Positions 59,689 to 64,000 of a stretch of 64,000 nt of DNA are shown here, one piece after another (the first letter of the stretch is position 1; each line of letters begins with the position of its first letter). The stretch is from NCBI RefSeq assembly GCF_947500975.1, contig NZ_CANMUE010000008.1:16690-80689 (forward strand), in the 5' to 3' direction. Under the pieces are notes generated by a model. The model saw only the letters and a program-made list of their open reading frames with translations, was not told the DNA's origin and did no database searches. Source of the DNA: an uncultured Polaribacter sp. (GTDB lineage: Bacteria; Bacteroidota; Bacteroidia; Flavobacteriales; Flavobacteriaceae). Made by a program: the position numbers and the translations under genes.

Positions 59689-60636
59689 TTAAAAAGTGAT
59701 GTGCTTAAATTGTGAGACAATAGTTGCTTTTTTCTTTTCTAAATTTGATAGAAATTTTTGATATTGCTCAGAATGCTCATTAAAAGGTTTATGTGCCAAA
59801 CCTTTTTGAATAATATCAATTTTTTTCATTGTAGAAAACGAATTTTCAGAAATCCATTCATTTAAAAATTTATCCCAAATATAATTAACAGCTGTATTAT
59901 TGGGATGAATCATATCTTCAGTATAAAAACGATAATCACGCAATTCATCCATCATAATTTCATAAGAAGGAAAATAAAACACATCATTTTCTTGCAATAC
60001 TTGATGAATAGCGGTTATTAAATGAGATTTACTAAGGGTATTTTCTACAAATCCATCTTTGAGATGTCTAACTGGAGAAACTGTAAAAATAACTTTAGCT
60101 TCTTTGTTTACTGATTTTATCAGCGATAAAGTATTTTTTAAACTTTGTGTTATCTCATCAACATTCAATAGCGTTTTTAAAAATTTATTTTGCGGTATTT
60201 TATGACAATTAGCAACTATTTTACCAGTTTCAATAAACTTATAAACCCAAGCTGTACCCAATGTAATAGTAATGTGCGTGGCTTCTTTTACCTTTTTTTT
60301 AGTTTGTAAAATGGCTAAATTTAAGTTCTCTAAAAGAGCATTTTTATCTAAACTACTTAACCTAGAATGTGCCTCAAAACAATGCCAACGTTCATTTTGA
60401 AAAACTAAATCTTCATCTTTATAAATTTTGTCTTGTATAGCAGCATCTAATAAATTTTCAATTGCCTTTGGATGAAATAAAATGCCAAACGGATTTTGTG
60501 AAGATTGAAACTTAAAATAGCTTAATTTATCACTAATATTTTCTGAAAAACAAGAACCTAATAATAGAATATTAGAATTATAATCTATCTGATTTATAAG
60601 CTGTTTTTTTATTGGAATTTTGGTTTGTAGTTTCAT
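59689..60636 (-). CDS. GSCFA domain protein (SGNH-like)
   Basis: LGSCFSEN, NPFG..FHP, TLGTAW, NCHKIP, TVSPVRH, YFPSYEI..DELRDYRFY..D..HP. Confidence 0.92.
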   Translation of the reverse strand: MKLQTKIPIKKQLINQIDYNSNILLLGSCFSENISDKLSYFKFQSSQNPFGILFHPKAIENLLDAAIQDKIYKDEDLVFQNERWHCFEAHSRLSSLDKNALLENLNLAILQTKKKVKEATHITITLGTAWVYKFIETGKIVANCHKIPQNKFLKTLLNVDEITQSLKNTLSLIKSVNKEAKVIFTVSPVRHLKDGFVENTLSKSHLITAIHQVLQENDVFYFPSYEIMMDELRDYRFYTEDMIHPNNTAVNYIWDKFLNEWISENSFSTMKKIDIIQKGLAHKPFNEHSEQYQKFLSNLEKKKATIVSQFKHITF

Positions 60637-60701
60637 AAAAACGCTACTTTTAAAATAAAAAGAACTTATAAACTAAATTCCATAACCTGATAAAAAAAAT
60701 A

Positions 60702-63320
60702 TTAAACTAAATATTCTTTCACTTTTTCTAATGCTTTAGGAATTCCTCCAGGGTTTTTACCACCAGCAGTTGCAAAGAAATTTTGACCACCACCACCTCC
60801 GTGAATTAATTTTCCTAATTCTCTAACTACTTTACCAGCATCATAACCACGCTCGTTTGCTAATTCTTTTGATATATAGCAAGTTAACATTGCTTTATCT
60901 TTAGCTGGAGCTGTTGCAAATAGTAAAAATAAATTTTGATATTCTTTACCAATTGAAAAAGCTAAGTTTTTAATTCCGTTTGCATCTAAATTTACTTTTG
61001 CTGCTAAAAATTGAACACCATTAATTTCTTGTAACTGGTTTTTTATTTCACCAGATAAATTTTGTGCTTTTTCTTTTAGTAATTGCTCAATTTGTTTTTT
61101 AAGTGATGTATTTTCTTCTTGTAAAGTCTGTACTGCTTTTACAGGGTTTTTTGTATTATTTAATAAGTCTTTTACTTCAAATAAAGTTTTATTACTATCA
61201 AAATAAAAATCTTTAACAGCATCATTTGTAATTGCTTCAATTCTTCTTATTCCTGCAGCAACTGCACTTTCAGATTTTATTTTAAAATGCCAAATATCGC
61301 CAGTATTTTTAACGTGAGTTCCACCACAAAGTTCAACAGAGTTTCCAAATTTAATTGCTCTAACTGTATCACCATATTTTTCTCCAAACAAAGCCATTGC
61401 TCCTTCATCTAAAGCTTCTTGCATTGGAATATTTCTTTTTTCTATCAAAGGTAACTTTCCAGATATACGTGCGTTTACAAAATTTTCTACATCACGTAAT
61501 TCATCTACAGTTAATTTAGAAAAATGAGAAAAATCGAAACGTAAATATTTAGAATGCACTGCAGAACCTTTTTGCTCAACATGTGTTCCTAAAACCTCTC
61601 TTAAAGCCTGATGCAATAAATGGGTAGCTGTATGATTACATTCTGTTCTAAAACGTTGTTTTTGATCAACAACTGCCTTAAAACTTCCATTTAAGTGTTT
61701 TGGTAAATTTTTTGAAAAATGAATAATAACATTGTTTTCTTTCTTAGTATCTAAAATATAAACAACATCTCCATATACATCCTCTAAATATCCTTTATCA
61801 CCAACTTGTCCTCCTCCTTCTGGATAAAAAGGTGTTAAATTAAATACTAATTGATACATTTCACCATCTTTTTTAGAGGTTACTTTTCTGTATTTAGTTA
61901 ATTTAACATTAGATTCTAAAGCGTCATATCCAATAAATTCTTCAACAGCATCATCAGCTAAAACTGTCCAATCTTCAGTAGACATTTCACTTGCTGCTCT
62001 AGATCTATTTTTTTGCTTTTGAAGTTCTTCTTGAAAACCTTTTTCATCTAAAGTTAACCCTTTTTCTGAAAGAATTAAAGCTGTTAAATCTATAGGAAAA
62101 CCAAATGTATCGTATAACTCAAAAGCTTTATCGCCAGAAATTTCTTTTGTTTTTGCAGAAGAGATAATATTATCTAGTAAAATTAAACCCTGATCTAAAG
62201 TTCTTAAAAAAGAAGTTTCTTCTTCTTTAATTACATTTTCAATTAATTGTTTTTGAGCTTTTAATTCAGGAAAAGCATCTCCCATTTTTTTACTCAATAC
62301 ATCAACTAATCTATATAAAAATGGTTCTTTTTTATCTAAAAAAGTAAAACCATACCTAACTGCTCTTCTAAGAATTCTACGTATTACATAACCTGCACCA
62401 GTATTACTTGGTAGTTGCCCATCTGCAATTGAAAAAGCAACGGCTCTAACATGATCAGAAATTACTCTTGTAGCAATATCTTGTTTTTCATTTGAACCGT
62501 ATTTAGTGTTTGTAATGGTTTCGATTTCTCTTATAATTGGCGTAAAAACATCTGTATCATAATTAGATTGAACATTTTGTAAAACCATACATAAACGCTC
62601 AAACCCCATTCCGGTATCAATATGTTTGTTTGGCAAGTTTTCAAGAGAAGCATCTGCTTTTCTATTGTATTGCATAAAAACTAGATTCCATATTTCTACC
62701 ACTTGAGGATGATCTTCGTTTACTAAAGTTCTACCGTCAACCTTTTCTTTTTCTTCTTTTGAGCGGATATCAACATGGATTTCTGAACATGGGCCACAAG
62801 GTCCTTGCTCTCCCATTTCCCAGAAATTATCTTTTTTATTACCTTTTAAAATTCGATCTTCAGCTATAAATTGTTTCCATATATCATAAGCTTCAGTATC
62901 CATAGAAAGATTATCAGCATCATCAGACCCTTCAAAAACAGTTACATATAAAATATCTTTATCAATTTTATAAACTTCTGTCAATAATTCCCAAGCCCAA
63001 GCTATAGCTTCTTTCTTAAAATAATCACCAAAAGACCAGTTTCCTAACATTTCAAATAAAGTATGATGATAAGTGTCATACCCTACTTCTTCTAAATCAT
63101 TATGTTTACCAGAAACTCGTAAACATTTTTGCGAATCAGAAATTCTGTTACTTTTAGGTGTTCCGTTTCCAAGAAAATATTCTTTAAATGGAGCCATTCC
63201 CGAGTTAACAAACATCAAAGTTGGATCGTTCTTTGTTACCATTGGCGCAGAAGGAACAATTAAATGAGATTTTTCTTTGAAAAAATTTAAAAAAGTGGCT
63301 CTGATGTCTTGAGATTTCAT
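60702..63320 (-). CDS. alaS: Alanine--tRNA ligase
   Basis: [58 protein letters not shown]. Confidence 0.98.
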   Translation of the reverse strand: MKSQDIRATFLNFFKEKSHLIVPSAPMVTKNDPTLMFVNSGMAPFKEYFLGNGTPKSNRISDSQKCLRVSGKHNDLEEVGYDTYHHTLFEMLGNWSFGDYFKKEAIAWAWELLTEVYKIDKDILYVTVFEGSDDADNLSMDTEAYDIWKQFIAEDRILKGNKKDNFWEMGEQGPCGPCSEIHVDIRSKEEKEKVDGRTLVNEDHPQVVEIWNLVFMQYNRKADASLENLPNKHIDTGMGFERLCMVLQNVQSNYDTDVFTPIIREIETITNTKYGSNEKQDIATRVISDHVRAVAFSIADGQLPSNTGAGYVIRRILRRAVRYGFTFLDKKEPFLYRLVDVLSKKMGDAFPELKAQKQLIENVIKEEETSFLRTLDQGLILLDNIISSAKTKEISGDKAFELYDTFGFPIDLTALILSEKGLTLDEKGFQEELQKQKNRSRAASEMSTEDWTVLADDAVEEFIGYDALESNVKLTKYRKVTSKKDGEMYQLVFNLTPFYPEGGGQVGDKGYLEDVYGDVVYILDTKKENNVIIHFSKNLPKHLNGSFKAVVDQKQRFRTECNHTATHLLHQALREVLGTHVEQKGSAVHSKYLRFDFSHFSKLTVDELRDVENFVNARISGKLPLIEKRNIPMQEALDEGAMALFGEKYGDTVRAIKFGNSVELCGGTHVKNTGDIWHFKIKSESAVAAGIRRIEAITNDAVKDFYFDSNKTLFEVKDLLNNTKNPVKAVQTLQEENTSLKKQIEQLLKEKAQNLSGEIKNQLQEINGVQFLAAKVNLDANGIKNLAFSIGKEYQNLFLLFATAPAKDKAMLTCYISKELANERGYDAGKVVRELGKLIHGGGGGQNFFATAGGKNPGGIPKALEKVKEYLV

Positions 63321-63490
63321 AAATGAAATGAAGTTTCTCCCGAAAATTCGGGGTTGGTTTTTGTTAATTTATATGTAAAAAAACTAACTTAAAAAGTAGT
63401 TGTAAAACATTTTGTAAATTTGTAAGTTCTTATAAAAACGATTTTACTTTAAAATCGATTTAAAAGAACAAAAATAATATATTTAGCAAT

Positions 63491-64000
63491 ATGGCAAAAG
63501 TAAAATATTATTATGATGCAGATACACTTTCTTACAGAAAAATTACTGTAGTTAAGAGTGATTATTATAGAAAAATAATTGTTGGTTTTTTTGGTGTAGC
63601 TATAATTGCTATTGTTGGCTTTATTGGGTTGAGCCAATTTATAATGTCGCCAACTGAACGTGCACAAAAAAGAGAAATAGAAAACTTAAAGTTTCATTAC
63701 GAATTATTAAATAAAAGGTTAGAGGAAAGTTCATCAATCTTAAATCAACTACAAGAAAGAGACAATAATATTTATAGAAGTTATTTTGAAGCAAATCCTA
63801 TTACATTAGAGCAGCGTAAAGCTGGTTTTGGTGGTGTAAATAGATATAAAAATTTAGAAGGTTTTGATAATTCTCAGCTTATAAAAAAAATAACTAAAGA
63901 AGTAGATATTTTATCTAAACAAATGGTTGTACAGTCTAAATCTTTAGATGAAATTGTTGCATTGGCTAAAGAAAAAGAGGTAATGCTAGCCTCTATTCCG
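63491..64000 (+). CDS. M23 family metallopeptidase (3' end outside window; absent from the ORF track)
   Basis: MAKVKYYYDADTLSYRKI, TM helix, coiled coil, RDNNIYR..FEA.PI, RKAGFGGVNRY, QSKSLDEI...LASIP; open to the window end; upstream TAAATTTG at 63415-63422. Confidence 0.85.
   Translation, partial: MAKVKYYYDADTLSYRKITVVKSDYYRKIIVGFFGVAIIAIVGFIGLSQFIMSPTERAQKREIENLKFHYELLNKRLEESSSILNQLQERDNNIYRSYFEANPITLEQRKAGFGGVNRYKNLEGFDNSQLIKKITKEVDILSKQMVVQSKSLDEIVALAKEKEVMLASIP

Noticed and set aside
63314-63352. Two small inverted repeats in the alaS leader (ATTTCAT-aa-ATGAAAT over the start codon; CCCGAA-aa-TTCGGG)
   Set aside because: Short stems, one nearly all AT; no T-box or riboswitch features visible, so too weak to call regulatory.
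205-63667. The many 60-160 aa ORFs antisense to or nested in long genes (e.g. 205-396, 1427-1618, 33449-33928, 46801-47178, 51791-51997, 63449-63667)
   Set aside because: Shadows of well-supported genes on the other strand or frame; no recognisable motifs or independent start signals.
1-64000. tRNA, rRNA, IS elements, integrases or prophage genes
   Set aside because: No cloverleaf-like or rRNA-like GC-rich stretches, no transposase or integrase motifs and no terminal inverted repeat/target duplication pairs were seen; very small ncRNAs cannot be excluded by eye.

Overview
AT-rich chromosomal segment from a marine Flavobacteriaceae genome, Polaribacter/Tenacibaculum-like by inference from gene content, T9SS cargo and TAnnTTTG promoters. 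It is mostly core genes (der, msrB, selO, msrA, lemA, aat, mscL, alr, tdk, comF, glyQS, phhA, gpmI, map, apbE, DEAD-box helicase, tatD, ogt, alaS) with a few accessory blocks. The accessory blocks are a redox-repair cluster, a T9SS-secreted PL6 lyase, a TonB-type receptor with a LytS/LytTR pair, and a 7-repeat T9SS propeller protein. I saw no rRNA, tRNA, CRISPR array, transposase or integrase. The best candidate for an undescribed system is at 2.6-6.2 kb. A 795-aa GAF protein has a C-terminal half showing, by eye, the ordered motifs of a class III nucleotide cyclase. It sits tail-to-tail (4-bp stop-codon overlap) with an HD-phosphohydrolase fused to a Pycsar-effector-like (PycTM/DUF5706) membrane domain, suggesting a self-contained cyclic-nucleotide make/break/respond module. 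Other notable items: a phosphatase + atypical-kinase-like + beta-barrel lipoprotein, tandem GntR-type operators over the PL6 promoter, 21-bp-period LytTR-type repeats, a shared ECF-like promoter motif, two frameshifted small genes missed or mis-started by the ORF track, and a large barrel protein with a SprA-like motif. All family assignments come from motif recognition by eye; no searches were run.
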